In this document: piece by piece, positions 1 to 9,711 of the stretch
Layout: each line of letters opens with the position of its first letter
How positions within the stretch are numbered: position 1 is the stretch's first letter
Assembly (NCBI GenBank): GCA_963693365.1
Contig: CAVNZM010000032.1
Location: 1 to 50,122, forward strand
Direction: 5' to 3'
Source: Amoebidium appalachense
Lineage: Eukaryota > Protista > Ichthyosporea
DNA length: 50,122 bases
Made by a program: the position numbers and the translations under genes
Notes under the pieces: generated by a model
Seen by the model: the letters and a program-made list of their open reading frames with translations, nothing else
Told to the model about the DNA's origin: nothing
Database searches by the model: none

Positions 1-549
1 ATTATAAGCATATCACAACCCTATAACCAATAGCGACGTTATGTTTGTATCGGCCATATGGGACATATGTGTTGGGTATATTGCCAATAACCCAAAATGG
101 TCAGGAATAATACATTCATAATATATTGGCAATAGTCTTGCCACGTTGGACAATACCATAATTTGACACAAAATTATCCTACATTTTATATATTCATAAC
201 TTATTGACAATACTCCGCAAGCAATAGTATAATACCGAATAAATACATTGACAATATCGAAATTGTATTGTTAATAGGCACACGTACACGCGTTTTGAGA
301 TATTGCCAGCACATTACTCATACGGTATATAGTTATTGGTGGTAGACCCGGCATGGTATGACAATAATATCAAAATATGTTGCCGATATTACGTCAATAT
401 TACAGTTCTATTACACTTCTATAGCGTCTCTACCACAGAAAATCTCTACTCGCAATACATTGGCAATGGATAATTGATATTACTTCAGTATTAATCTGGT
501 ATTTTTACGATATTGGCAATAGATAATAGCCTCACAATATTGGCAATAC
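1..549. repeat. AT-rich non-coding region with recurring near-palindrome TATTG(G/C/A)CAATA
   Basis: Copies or variants at about 79, 124, 202, 247, 459, 511 and 538. Much more AT-rich than the adjacent coding DNA. Could be a transposon subterminal region or host flank. Confidence 0.55.
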
Positions 550-1605
550 CGCCGGGAAGTTTGCTGATGTAGACGTGCTACCTGCGTATGACACGGTGAC
601 CTGTGTGGCTAACGGGAGCGGGGACAGTATGCTGGTGTAAGCCCTGCGCAGAGAGCGGTCGGGGCGCTGAAACACGACTGAACGCACTGTGTGTGGGGTT
701 TGGACGATTGCCCCGAGACGAAAACCAACAAATTTCAAATGGCAAGGGTTGAACAATTGCACCTGGCTGTGAGACGCCTCGGTTGTGGCTTGCAGTAACA
801 CGAAAGGCGCCTCGATTTCCCCAGTCGCGTCGGCGGCACAAATGGCCACCATGAACGATGCCTGCAGCCTGTTGACGATATCGACACCGTGGCTGCTGCG
901 GAGCACACAGGATTTGATGGTTGTACACGGCGTGGCGTCGACCGTCAGCGTCTGGGCCGGGAAAAGTCGCGCGTAGTCCGATGTCAGGGCCAGCGCGACC
1001 GTCTCGACTCCAGGGGGCAATGTGAACGTAACGGAAATTGGTTGCTGACAGCGGGATTGTGCCTCGATATCGACGTCTTTTAGGTGTGTGAAATCGTGCA
1101 GTGGGATTTCTGTGAGTGAAAACCCCATAGACGGGCCCAGGACAAGTTGGAGGCGGGTGAGTGTGTCTGGAAAATGCTGGAACGAGGTCATCGCGCATGA
1201 CCGTGGGAGCGCTATCGCGGGCGATGCCCCTTGTCGACGGACGAACGTTATCTCCTTGACGTTGGGGAAAAAGTCCTTGAGCTTGTACGGGAGGGCGCGT
1301 TCGGCTGGAAAGTAGCCTTCCTGTGGGATTTCGAACACAAGTGCCTTCAGCTCTGGGAGGGCCTCGGCCGGGCAGAAGGAGAGCGAGATGACAACCTTCG
1401 TGACCCGCGAGCCCAGAACCGTTCTGTAGAGCCCCGAGCGCGCAGACTCTGCCCTTACGGCAAACGCCTCGGGCCGTGCTGTGATAGACACGACTCTAAA
1501 GCGCTTGTTCACCAAAGAAATGATGCGACACGTCTTTTTGTCGGTGAGGCGAAAAATCGCCCGGAGGGTATCGTCTGCGAGGTGTTGGATGCTTGCTTTC
1601 TGCAT
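532..1605 (-). CDS. F-box-like protein with LRR-like C-terminal region
   Basis: From ATG 1605: IQHLADDTLRAIFRLTDKKTCRIISLVNKRFR fits the F-box pattern. LPELKAL, FPNVKEI, FPDTLTRL and FTHLKDV are LRR-like. TATA-like GTATAAAT lies about 65 bp upstream. Confidence 0.6.
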   Translation of the reverse strand: MQKASIQHLADDTLRAIFRLTDKKTCRIISLVNKRFRVVSITARPEAFAVRAESARSGLYRTVLGSRVTKVVISLSFCPAEALPELKALVFEIPQEGYFPAERALPYKLKDFFPNVKEITFVRRQGASPAIALPRSCAMTSFQHFPDTLTRLQLVLGPSMGFSLTEIPLHDFTHLKDVDIEAQSRCQQPISVTFTLPPGVETVALALTSDYARLFPAQTLTVDATPCTTIKSCVLRSSHGVDIVNRLQASFMVAICAADATGEIEAPFVLLQATTEASHSQVQLFNPCHLKFVGFRLGAIVQTPHTVRSVVFQRPDRSLRRAYTSILSPLPLATQVTVSYAGSTSTSANFPAVLPIL

Positions 1606-1699
1606 TTCTTCGATTGGAACGGCTTTGTTGGAGTCGTGAAAATGACATTCCTGAGAAAGCGACCGCCAATTTATACAACCGTGCCGGCCATGACACATG

Positions 1700-1976
1700 T
1701 TTGGCCATTGAAAAGCGACGCCTTATTCACAAACGACCAATTGCATTGCACGTTGCATCACGTTAGAGGCCAGCGACCAATGGATGTTTTCGCGGTAATT
1801 GATTTGATTGGACGATGTCTTAATCTCACGCCTCGGCAACCAATAAGGTGTTTGTGCTAGCGTGTTTGATTGGCCCAGAGGATCTTTTAAAATGACACCG
1901 ACAATATAAGGAGTAAGCGGGTCGATAAGATTCATTTCCACACAAAGGTGTCATCCGGCCGCGGTTCCAACACAAC
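1700..1976. promoter_or_regulatory. Divergent promoter region with several CCAAT/ATTGG boxes and TATA-like elements
   Basis: gaccaatgg, gattgg (twice), aaccaataa and aatataag lie between two divergent ORFs. Confidence 0.5.
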
Positions 1977-3287
1977 ATGCCTAATGTTTCCGACTACGAG
2001 CTTCCCCCCGACACATTCGACCAAACATGTCTGCATTATCTCTTCGCGAGACTAAACTCCAGAGAAGTCGCGTCTTCGATAGTCGAGCTCAGAAACTCGC
2101 AGTCTTCGTTCGACTTTGACGTGGATGCAAGGGTTGCGAGCACAAGAGGTCGATGGGCGACATGGGCAACCGAGTTTCAACGTCCCGGTGATATCGACGC
2201 CGCAATCAGAGACGCTGCCTGCTCTCCTCTTTTGTTGACGACCAGGTTTCGCTCTGTGGCTACGGACGACTTGTCCAGTGCATTGAAGTATGTGATGGGT
2301 TTGGACTTATCGAAGTTTGGGGAATTCGGCAACACACTGAAGAAGCGTGCTCGTATCGCGTTGGCGAACGAGGCACTTATCGTGGCGTCCGATTCTTATG
2401 CCCGCCTGCGTTGCGTGATGTGCGTCGAAGTTCCGGATAGTGAAGGGTCGCGCACTCCCCAGAACCGCACCGCCGTCGATCGGTTCGAGACAAGATGCGA
2501 GGAAGGGCTCAGGGCCTGGGTCCTGCATGTCTTCAGTCTGCGCGCTGCCGGGTTGACTGTGAAGCCGGTGCTGTCTGTCGATTCCAACAGTTACTACGCG
2601 GCTAATACCTACGACGACAGTGAGGTGGGCGTCGGGTTGACGGTACATTTTAGCCACCCGATGGGATGTTGGGTCGCGCCCACTGAGATCCCACCCGAAT
2701 ATCTCCTCATGAAACCGATAAACTTCTACGAGCCCGACATCCCTGCGTGCCGCGTGTACGGCGTCGACGGCCCGCCGCCGCCGACCGACCCCCGCCATCT
2801 GAACGGTGAGTTTGAGATCGGCCCCGACGATGACGTGCCTGATGTGTCGTCATCGGCATGCCTCCGGTACCTGCACGCCACTATTGCTGGCAGGGCGCTG
2901 CGAAACGGGAGCATCGGACACCTCGACTGGACAGACGCGGAGTCCGACGACAGTCTGCCAGCGCGCGGACGTTTTTTCGTCACGTGCAGTGTCGCTGACC
3001 CACACAACCCCTCTCTCTGCGGCGTCGACGTGGCCCATTGCCTGTTTCTTATCGACCACGATTATCCTTACTACTACGGCATTCGCCCGAGCATCCAGGT
3101 TGGGGTGTCGGAGCGCAAGTACAAGTCGTTGTCTAGGTGGCTTCGGGATGACTGCAACGCGTGGTCCGACATGGAGGTGTTTGTCGTTGCCCCCGACGGA
3201 CAATTGAATGCTAAGTGGGCTCATTTGGAGAGGCTGCTCCCGATGACACTCGCCAACTTTGTGAGATATGTGAAATGCAAATTGTAG
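1977..3287 (+). CDS. Hypothetical protein, paralog family A (shares a C-terminal domain with 27650-29062 and 29946-31133)
   Basis: Shared motifs HLNGEF, LPARGRF and VVAPDGQLNAKWAHLERLLPMTLANFVRYV. Confidence 0.8.
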   Translation: MPNVSDYELPPDTFDQTCLHYLFARLNSREVASSIVELRNSQSSFDFDVDARVASTRGRWATWATEFQRPGDIDAAIRDAACSPLLLTTRFRSVATDDLSSALKYVMGLDLSKFGEFGNTLKKRARIALANEALIVASDSYARLRCVMCVEVPDSEGSRTPQNRTAVDRFETRCEEGLRAWVLHVFSLRAAGLTVKPVLSVDSNSYYAANTYDDSEVGVGLTVHFSHPMGCWVAPTEIPPEYLLMKPINFYEPDIPACRVYGVDGPPPPTDPRHLNGEFEIGPDDDVPDVSSSACLRYLHATIAGRALRNGSIGHLDWTDAESDDSLPARGRFFVTCSVADPHNPSLCGVDVAHCLFLIDHDYPYYYGIRPSIQVGVSERKYKSLSRWLRDDCNAWSDMEVFVVAPDGQLNAKWAHLERLLPMTLANFVRYVKCKL

Positions 3288-3661
3288 TGTTTGGGCGTTC
3301 TCGTGTGTGGCTTTGTGTAGGTTTTACGATGTCTTATCGGGTGGCCCACAGTTGGCCCCCGCACACCTTGCAGAGCGCGCTGTCGCCGCAGGGGTGGTTG
3401 TAGTTAATAAAAATTGGGTTGGCCTGGGAGCTCGTGGTCTTACAGGTCTCACATACCCCACAATCCTCGTTGACGACATAGAAGTCGCACGCGTCGTCCA
3501 CCTTGTCCACTATCCCCCCCCCGCCCCCCCCGCGTTCTTGCATTCCATGAGCATGCCCTCTGCGTGCACGCTGGCCCCTGGCCACAAGCAGGGCGGCCGT
3601 GTGCACTGCGCGCAACATGCGCCACGGGTACGACGCGCGCCACTTTTATAGTGTGTGGGGT

Positions 3662-4573
3662 ATGAATCTACGCGCGCTGGTCTGGTGTGTTTGCATGGCC
3701 GTGTGCGCCGAGCGCGTCGCGTGCAAGCGCTCGCAGTGCCCCCAGGGATCCGGGCTCCTGTTCTACAGGAGCTTCGAGCGCACGCCCGACGGCCCCATCA
3801 CGCTGAAGTATCTTCGCGCGAGCGTGCCCAACGTGACCATGGCCACGGGCCGGCTGAGCAACATGCAAGCAAAGGACGGTGCCCTCCGCATGAAAATGCC
3901 AAAGGGGTGTGTGGGGACGGATGAGTGTGCCTACCAGTGGAAGGTGGCCCTCGACCCGACGCTCGAGGCCATGTACGCCTACAGCGTCAAGTTCGGCGCG
4001 GGCTACGACTTTGTGAAGGGAGGCAAGCTCCCGGGCCTGTGCGGCAACACGTGCCCCACGGGCGGTAGGGACGCGTCCCGTGGGTTCAGTGCGCGCAACA
4101 TGTGGCGCCCCGGGGGCAAGCTTGTGAGCTACCTCTACTTCCACGGAAAGGAGGGTGTGATGGGAAAAGACGTGGTTTGGATCAACGCAACAACGGGCAT
4201 GCCAATCATCATGCCCACCAACGAGTGGATCTTTCTGTATTTCTGGGTACGCCTCAACACAGTTGGGCGGAGCGACGGGCTACTGGCGGGATACTACAAC
4301 GGGGAGATGGCCGTCAACATCACCATGGATTGGCGGCGGAGCAACGACATTTTCATAGACTCGTACTACTTTTCCAACTTCTACGGGGGAAAGGGTGGTA
4401 GTTGGGCACCCAAGCACGACATGTACATTATGTTCAACGACCTGCAGGTGTGCACCCGCGACGGATTTCAGTGGGTCGGCGAGCGACCGCCTGTCAGCTC
4501 CCACAAGCCGCTACCCGAGGGCGCGGCCGAGCCCGAAGGCGAAACGGTCCTGGGGCTGTCTACGTGTCCATAG
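3662..4573 (+). CDS. Polysaccharide lyase family 14 (chlorovirus vAL-1-like), secreted
   Basis: Hydrophobic signal peptide from ATG 3662. PL14 signatures YSVKFGAGYDFVKGGKLPGL, FSARNMWR, LNTVGRSDG and FSNFYGG. Confidence 0.88.
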   Translation: MNLRALVWCVCMAVCAERVACKRSQCPQGSGLLFYRSFERTPDGPITLKYLRASVPNVTMATGRLSNMQAKDGALRMKMPKGCVGTDECAYQWKVALDPTLEAMYAYSVKFGAGYDFVKGGKLPGLCGNTCPTGGRDASRGFSARNMWRPGGKLVSYLYFHGKEGVMGKDVVWINATTGMPIIMPTNEWIFLYFWVRLNTVGRSDGLLAGYYNGEMAVNITMDWRRSNDIFIDSYYFSNFYGGKGGSWAPKHDMYIMFNDLQVCTRDGFQWVGERPPVSSHKPLPEGAAEPEGETVLGLSTCP

Positions 4574-5066
4574 CAGGCCTGACCCCCTCAAAGAGCCCCG
4601 ATCGCCCGACGCAGCAGGCACGGTGGTGCCAGAGCATGCGGCGGAGCCACCTGTACCCAGCCGCCGAGTCGATGTCCGCGCGAAGGAGGCGGTCGCGCCT
4701 TGCAAACAAACGCAGCGCGTCCCAGAGGATGCAGTCCAGCTGCTCCACTCCTGCCGCCGCAATGGCCGGGTCGTCTATGGTCATGTCCACGACGTCGGCG
4801 GCCACGTCGTCGTTGAATGGACGTTCGATAACATACGTGAGGATGTGAAGCCGACTGCCCGTGCGCCGATACGCCAGGTGGCAGGCGGTACGCCCCCTCT
4901 GTGCAACCGATGGGTGGTCCGTGGTGTCGCCGTCAAAGTAGGTTGGGTGGCAGCTGCCCACTATCTCCCGCGTTCGCACCCCCGAGCCGTACCGCACCTT
5001 AGCTCGCGCGCTTGACGGCAGGGACATTGTCGTGGTGTGTGCTTTTGTAGCTTGCTTGAATGGCAT
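4560..5066 (-). CDS. Hypothetical protein
   Basis: 168-aa ORF filling the gap between the lyase and the ligase. No recognised motif. Confidence 0.45.
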   Translation of the reverse strand: MPFKQATKAHTTTMSLPSSARAKVRYGSGVRTREIVGSCHPTYFDGDTTDHPSVAQRGRTACHLAYRRTGSRLHILTYVIERPFNDDVAADVVDMTIDDPAIAAAGVEQLDCILWDALRLFARRDRLLRADIDSAAGYRWLRRMLWHHRACCVGRSGLFEGVRPAMDT

Positions 5067-5218
5067 TTCGTCGTGGCATCTGATCTGTTTGTCACTTTTT
5101 TATTCAACCAGCCCGTGATGACGCAATCGGTTCCTTTTATGCTCTCTGGGGTCATTTCATTGGCTGACATCATGATCCGTGCTGTCCAATCGAATGCCAG
5201 CGATTAAGCGCCTCTACT

Positions 5219-5755
5219 TCATGCAATGCCGAACGGCTTGTATTTTTTGAAGAATTTGCTGCGCCCGTGGTGGTAGAGCGATCGGGGGTGGCGGAGGATC
5301 AGCCCCTCCCCCCCGCGCCCTATCACCGCCCTGAACTTTCGGTGCAGGGCCTGCATGTTGGCCACGCGTGTGTGCCGGACCACGCGGATGTGTCGGTGGC
5401 GGAGGCGGTCCAGCCCCGCGACCCTCCGGGCCATCGGACCCGGCCTATCGGGCATGTCGAAGACCATGAAGCGCAGCCTGGCCCACCAGGGGTTCCGGCT
5501 GTTCCTGACTATGCCGACGATCCGCGTACGCGTCCCGTAGCCCGCAAACAGCTCGCCGTCGAGCGCGTGCTTGGGAAACCCCCTGGTAAACCAGGCGGGT
5601 GCTGGAATGCGCTTGGCGTGGCGCGTCCACAGGCTCCTGCCGTCCCACAGCGCGCGGATGCCATCGTACTTTTCCGACGCGAGCCACCCCGTCACGTCCT
5701 CGCGCGGAAAGCTGTGCCTGTCGGTCTCCAGGCGCGTGCCCAGCATCAGTTTCAT
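5219..5755 (-). CDS. ATP-dependent DNA ligase, adenylation domain only (no OB fold)
   Basis: Motif I SEKYDGIR, III LDGEL, IIIa FMVFD, IV GEGLILR, V KKYKP, then a stop. The start ATG overlaps the upstream gene's TGA (ATGA at 5752-5755). Confidence 0.88.
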   Translation of the reverse strand: MKLMLGTRLETDRHSFPREDVTGWLASEKYDGIRALWDGRSLWTRHAKRIPAPAWFTRGFPKHALDGELFAGYGTRTRIVGIVRNSRNPWWARLRFMVFDMPDRPGPMARRVAGLDRLRHRHIRVVRHTRVANMQALHRKFRAVIGRGGEGLILRHPRSLYHHGRSKFFKKYKPFGIA

Positions 5756-6483
5756 GTGATCAGCGCACATTGCACACGCGACTTGTGCTGTATGTGCTGT
5801 TCCAGCATCCTACACGTCTCGGCCAGTGCGGGCTTGAACGCCTCCTGAAGGTGCTCGGTCATGATGCGCCTGCGCTTGGACCTTGCGCAGTGCAACAGGG
5901 CCTCGGTCAGGATGCACTCGGTGAACGACTGGATGATGCACGCGCAGGCGATGCCGCTTATCACGCTGACCCGCCACTTGATGCCTGGGTTGAGCGCGAT
6001 CAGCGTGTTCCTGAAGCGAGACGGGGGGAGCACCAGGTTGCACCGCCGCGTGATGGTCGTCCGCGACCCCGGCGTCAGCTGGTTGTCCTCGTACAGCACG
6101 AGGCTCTCCTGTATACGGGTCAGCATGGTCCGCGTGACCTCGTCGGACAGGAACACGCGCGCGGCGCCCACGACGTGGCGCAGCTTGACGGTGACGTGCC
6201 GGGCGTCGCCCAGCATGTGCACGATGCACATGCCGATCTTCTCCTGCAGGGCGGTCTGGAACATGTTCAGGTAGTCGAGGGCGTGCTTGTTGATCGCCAC
6301 GCTCGACATGCGCTTGAGCAGGCGGTACGTGTACGCGTTGTACGACTTGGACTTCTCGCGCGCGACGGACGCGCACGGCGGGAACGCGGGGTCGGGGTAG
6401 TAGCTGTCGAGCACGTCCGGGAGGCAGCCGAGCACGGAGTGTGGGCTGGGGGTGTGCACGTGGTCGGCGGGGGGGATCTCCAT
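5752..6483 (-). CDS. Divergent fused histone doublet H2B-H2A
   Basis: KSYNAYTYRLLKRM..INKHALDYLNMF...EKI..TVKLRHVVGAARVFLSDEV aligns to H2B (ESYSIYVYKVLKQV..ISSKAMGIMNSF..TITSREIQTAVRLLLPGEL). TITRRCNLVLPPSRFRNTL..RVSVISGIACACIIQSFTECILTEA..SKRRRIMTEHLQEA aligns to H2A ([58 protein letters not shown]). Confidence 0.85.
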   Translation of the reverse strand: MEIPPADHVHTPSPHSVLGCLPDVLDSYYPDPAFPPCASVAREKSKSYNAYTYRLLKRMSSVAINKHALDYLNMFQTALQEKIGMCIVHMLGDARHVTVKLRHVVGAARVFLSDEVTRTMLTRIQESLVLYEDNQLTPGSRTTITRRCNLVLPPSRFRNTLIALNPGIKWRVSVISGIACACIIQSFTECILTEALLHCARSKRRRIMTEHLQEAFKPALAETCRMLEQHIQHKSRVQCALIT

Positions 6484-6566
6484 GGTTGTGCACCAGATTT
6501 ATTTGTGGGACCAATCGGATTGGGGGATCGGCGCTGGCGGGTTGTTTATTTTGTGGTCCGGGTTTA

Positions 6567-6755
6567 ATGGCTAGAAACAGAAAAAGACTGGTGCCGGTGT
6601 GGAAGATGGCCCGCGTGTTCCAAGTATCGAAGGGTGGCCGGATCACCGAATGCATCAAGAAACGAAGATGCTTCCACAAGGGCAAGACGACCAGCTGCTC
6701 GAGGGTGCCCAGGAGACACTGGGCGGCGATCCCCGCGCAGCGCAGACGAAGGTAG
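6567..6755 (+). CDS. Small Arg/Lys-rich basic protein (putative)
   Basis: ATG 6567, 62 aa, MARNRKRLVPVWK...PAQRRRR. Divergent from the histone gene. Confidence 0.4.
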   Translation: MARNRKRLVPVWKMARVFQVSKGGRITECIKKRRCFHKGKTTSCSRVPRRHWAAIPAQRRRR

Positions 6756-6856
6756 GTTGTAGTGGAATCGTGAGGTATCAACAATGGACCATTTGAACGA
6801 ACCCTTCTGATGGCACTTCATGTCCTCCTCCTCCTGGTTTGAAACCGTATGATCAG

Positions 6857-7643
6857 CTTATGCCAAGTCCAGCACTGGCCACCCCTCCTCGCCCGCCAAT
6901 CCGTTCCACTTCTCCATGACCAGCTTGAAATGTATAGTTGTTGGGTTTTGTGTTTGGCAGTCAGGACCGCGGTCTCGCGTTGGCCCCGGCCCGGGAATTT
7001 GAAGTTGCTGAATTTTTCAGCAACTCCCCATTCCTGTGATCTCTGGTAGTTCCATGCATTTTGAGCAGATCGAAGTTTGGAACCCGTAATTATGGCCACC
7101 ACATCAATCGCACATGCAAGTGGAGGGTCCGTCGGAGTTGTGCGCACACTGCAACCGGCAAACTCTCCGTGGGTGAAGCTGAAAGTCGTGTGTTTAACAT
7201 GGGTGTCTCCTTCGAGGTGGCGCAACAACTCCTCCGCAGCCTCTTCACGGAAAGCCGCGGCCTTTGCACCGGGAAGGGCATTGACCAGCTTGACCACCTG
7301 GCACGGTCAGGCCAACCGATTCGTTCCGCCCGTCAAACTTCCAACGTCTGAATTTTTCAGTCGTCGATTCCGACATTGCCCATGGCTGCTTCTGCTGGTA
7401 CTCCCAGGCATTGAGTGCCGTCTTGCGGTCGCATGTGTTGACAGCCATGATAATGTCGCTTGCGCTGGCCAGGGGCGGGTCCGTAAGGCATGTGCGCACG
7501 CTTCGGCCGGCGAACTCGCCGTTGGCAAATGTGAACCGCTGCACATCGAGACGGGCGCGTTTGGCGGGCGCCGTGTCGCCTTCAAGGTCAGCGTTCCTCT
7601 GGGCGTGCATGCTCCTGGTGTAGGGGGGTGGAGACGGTGACAT
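6857..7643 (-). pseudogene. Frameshifted and internally deleted tandem Bro-N-like DNA-binding protein
   Basis: Two tandem copies of F(T/S)F.(N/H)GEFAG.SVRT..TDPPLA.A.D..NAW.YQ..W...KF..(W/F)KF.GR. A frameshift near 7300 joins the first copy to VVKLVNALPGAKAAAFREEAAEELLRHLEGD. The tail FKLVMEKWNGLAGEEGWPVLDLA* is in another frame. Confidence 0.7.
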
Positions 7644-7720
7644 GAGGCACGACTGTTTTTTTGACGAGTGCATCACTTAAGGGCGAGAAAATATCACATG
7701 TTAGTGTTCCCTTTCCAGGG

Positions 7721-8851
7721 CTACTCGCGGCCCGAGCCAGCCCGCAGGTGCGCGCCCAGGGGCGTGTCCTGGACGTCTTCTTCAATAAAGCTTGCAACCA
7801 AACGGTTCTGGCTCCTGAGCACCCGCAGCAGCGCGTCGATGGTGCGCCACGCCAGCATCTGCGGGTCGTCGTCACTCAGGGCCATCTCGGCCTGCAGGTC
7901 GCGCACCAGCTCCCACGCGCGATTCTGCACGCACACGCCGGGGTTGTGGCCCAGGCTGCCGGAGGGCTTGGTGGCGCGGTCCTGCACGACGAGCGCCTGC
8001 ATGGCCTCGCAGCATTCGCGCCCGGTTGGCAGGCAGCCGTCACGCGGGGTGGACATGGCCAGCAGCCACATGGCACAGTATGACGTGCACGCCATGTCGC
8101 CCCGCACACCCTCGAGCGCGAGGGCCTGTGGGCCCTTGTGGGGGCATGTCAGCGAGGGCATGACGATGGTCCAGTGTGCGGGGTCCATCTCGGCAAACCC
8201 AAGCAGCGCACGAGCGTACTCGGCCAGCAGCACGTCCTTGGCATTGACCTGGCCGTCGCCGGGTCTGGTGAGGTCCTCGGTGGCCGGGTCGAATACGTGC
8301 ACGGTCTTCGTGTCGCGGTCAAACGCCATGGCGACCGTGTGGCCCACGTAGACCACCTCGGCCTCTGTCCGGCGGCGAATGCGCAGCCCCCGTGGGCCCC
8401 AACTCCAGGCCTCGGGCCCGTCTGCGCCCATGGTGGCCACGCCGGCCACCACGAGCAAGCGGCGGGCCTTTTCGATGTGGTCCAGGTTGACAAAGCCCCT
8501 CAGACGCGTTATGAGGTCGCTGCCGGCCTGGACGGTCATGCCCACACCCATGTCGCCCAGCACGAGCCGCAGGTATCTCAGGTGCGGGTCCATGGCGGTG
8601 GCGGCAGGATGCAGGTCATAGAAGCGCCTGTACGACGCGGTGGGTGGCTCGTACACGTCCATGGTGCGGAAGATGGTAAGCTCCGGGACGTCGAGCAGGG
8701 GGGGTACGGCGATGTCGGGGTTGGTGGTGCTGGCCCTGTGGTACGTGGCCGTCGCGATCCGGCCACGCTCAAGCGTGCTCTGCCACGCGTGGCCCCAGTA
8801 TCTGTAGTCGGTGTCGGTGATGCCGACGGCATCGCTGAACGTGTTACCCAT
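7721..8851 (-). CDS. CE-clan (Ulp1/adenain-like) cysteine protease, possibly myristoylated
   Basis: Catalytic order H (VGHTVAMAFD), D (HVFDPA), Q (KGPQA), C (MACTSYC). The N-terminus MGNTFS fits MGxxxS. Confidence 0.6.
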   Translation of the reverse strand: MGNTFSDAVGITDTDYRYWGHAWQSTLERGRIATATYHRASTTNPDIAVPPLLDVPELTIFRTMDVYEPPTASYRRFYDLHPAATAMDPHLRYLRLVLGDMGVGMTVQAGSDLITRLRGFVNLDHIEKARRLLVVAGVATMGADGPEAWSWGPRGLRIRRRTEAEVVYVGHTVAMAFDRDTKTVHVFDPATEDLTRPGDGQVNAKDVLLAEYARALLGFAEMDPAHWTIVMPSLTCPHKGPQALALEGVRGDMACTSYCAMWLLAMSTPRDGCLPTGRECCEAMQALVVQDRATKPSGSLGHNPGVCVQNRAWELVRDLQAEMALSDDDPQMLAWRTIDALLRVLRSQNRLVASFIEEDVQDTPLGAHLRAGSGRE

Positions 8852-8939
8852 GCAAATGTGTACATAAGAGGTACCACCCTACCCCCCGAAACAGCCGCGC
8901 CCGGCGTGTCGCTCGCGCATAATCGATACACCTGGTAAC

Positions 8940-9212
8940 ATGCCCGACATTGGTCTGCTGCAGTACGCCCTGCTGGTTTCCGGTCTCGTCGGCGGACTGA
9001 CGACGTCCTGGATGGTGGTGCAGTGGTACGACGAGATGAGCAAGGAGAAGTGCGTCGAGCCAACCGTGGCCAAACTGAAGTACACGTTTGTGTGGAGCCT
9101 CATCGTCGGCCTCACGCTAATCTTGATGCTGCTGGGGGTGATCGGCCGCGCAATCTACAACTCCATGAACCCAAGCCCCGCCCCCCAGATGATGCACATG
9201 AGGATGGAGTAG
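8940..9212 (+). CDS. Small membrane protein with two TM helices
   Basis: Hydrophobic segments LLQYALLVSGLVGGLTTSWMVV and FVWSLIVGLTLILMLLGVIG. GC3-rich codons. Confidence 0.7.
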   Translation: MPDIGLLQYALLVSGLVGGLTTSWMVVQWYDEMSKEKCVEPTVAKLKYTFVWSLIVGLTLILMLLGVIGRAIYNSMNPSPAPQMMHMRME

Positions 9213-9249
9213 GCTCGTGGTCGCGCCCTTTGAATCTGGGCCTCTAGCA

Positions 9250-9709
9250 ATGGGATGCCACATGGCCGAGTACGGGCAGATCCACCGCATGTACGCGTCC
9301 GTCCTGTTGGATGACCGCAGCCGCGTTGATGTGCCCCGCCTCGACGGGATCCCCTCGCGCGACCATCTGTGCGCCGTGTATCCGGCGTGCACGATCGAGT
9401 GCATGCCCGACTGGCTGTCGTACTGTGCACTCCCCGAGGCGGGGCCGGCACCGGAGAAGACCCGTCGGGGACAACGCGCTGTGGGACACGGTCCGGCGGC
9501 GCGAGGCGGCGGTGAACGCGATGCAGGCGCGCGTGGGCGGGTGTCACATCGACTACCCGCAGGTGGAGACGCTGGATCTGCAGCCGCGCGACCCTCCTGT
9601 AGAGCTGCCCGCCTGGTTTGCCGAGCGCATGCGGCTGGACAGTGCCCTGTCTCCGACCACCACGTACGACACCGTGTCGAAGCCGACAATCGATTATCTA
9701 CACCTATAG
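9250..9709 (+). pseudogene. Hypothetical protein split by an apparent frameshift near 9440-9470
   Basis: Coding-like sequence switches from the 9217 frame (MAEYGQIHRMY...) to the 9311 frame (GDNALWDTV...DYLHL*), whose stop lies just before the next ATG at 9712. Confidence 0.45.
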
Positions 9710-9711
9710 CA

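Noticed and set aside
3334-3543. Cys-rich RING-like peptide (CGVC..PCGDSALCKVC) on the minus strand
   Set aside because: It lacks the His ligand and the final CxxC pair and has no clear start; at most a relic.
4961-5173. TDCVITGW as a displaced OB-domain start of the ligase
   Set aside because: Only a few residues are similar, stops intervene, and no motif VI follows.
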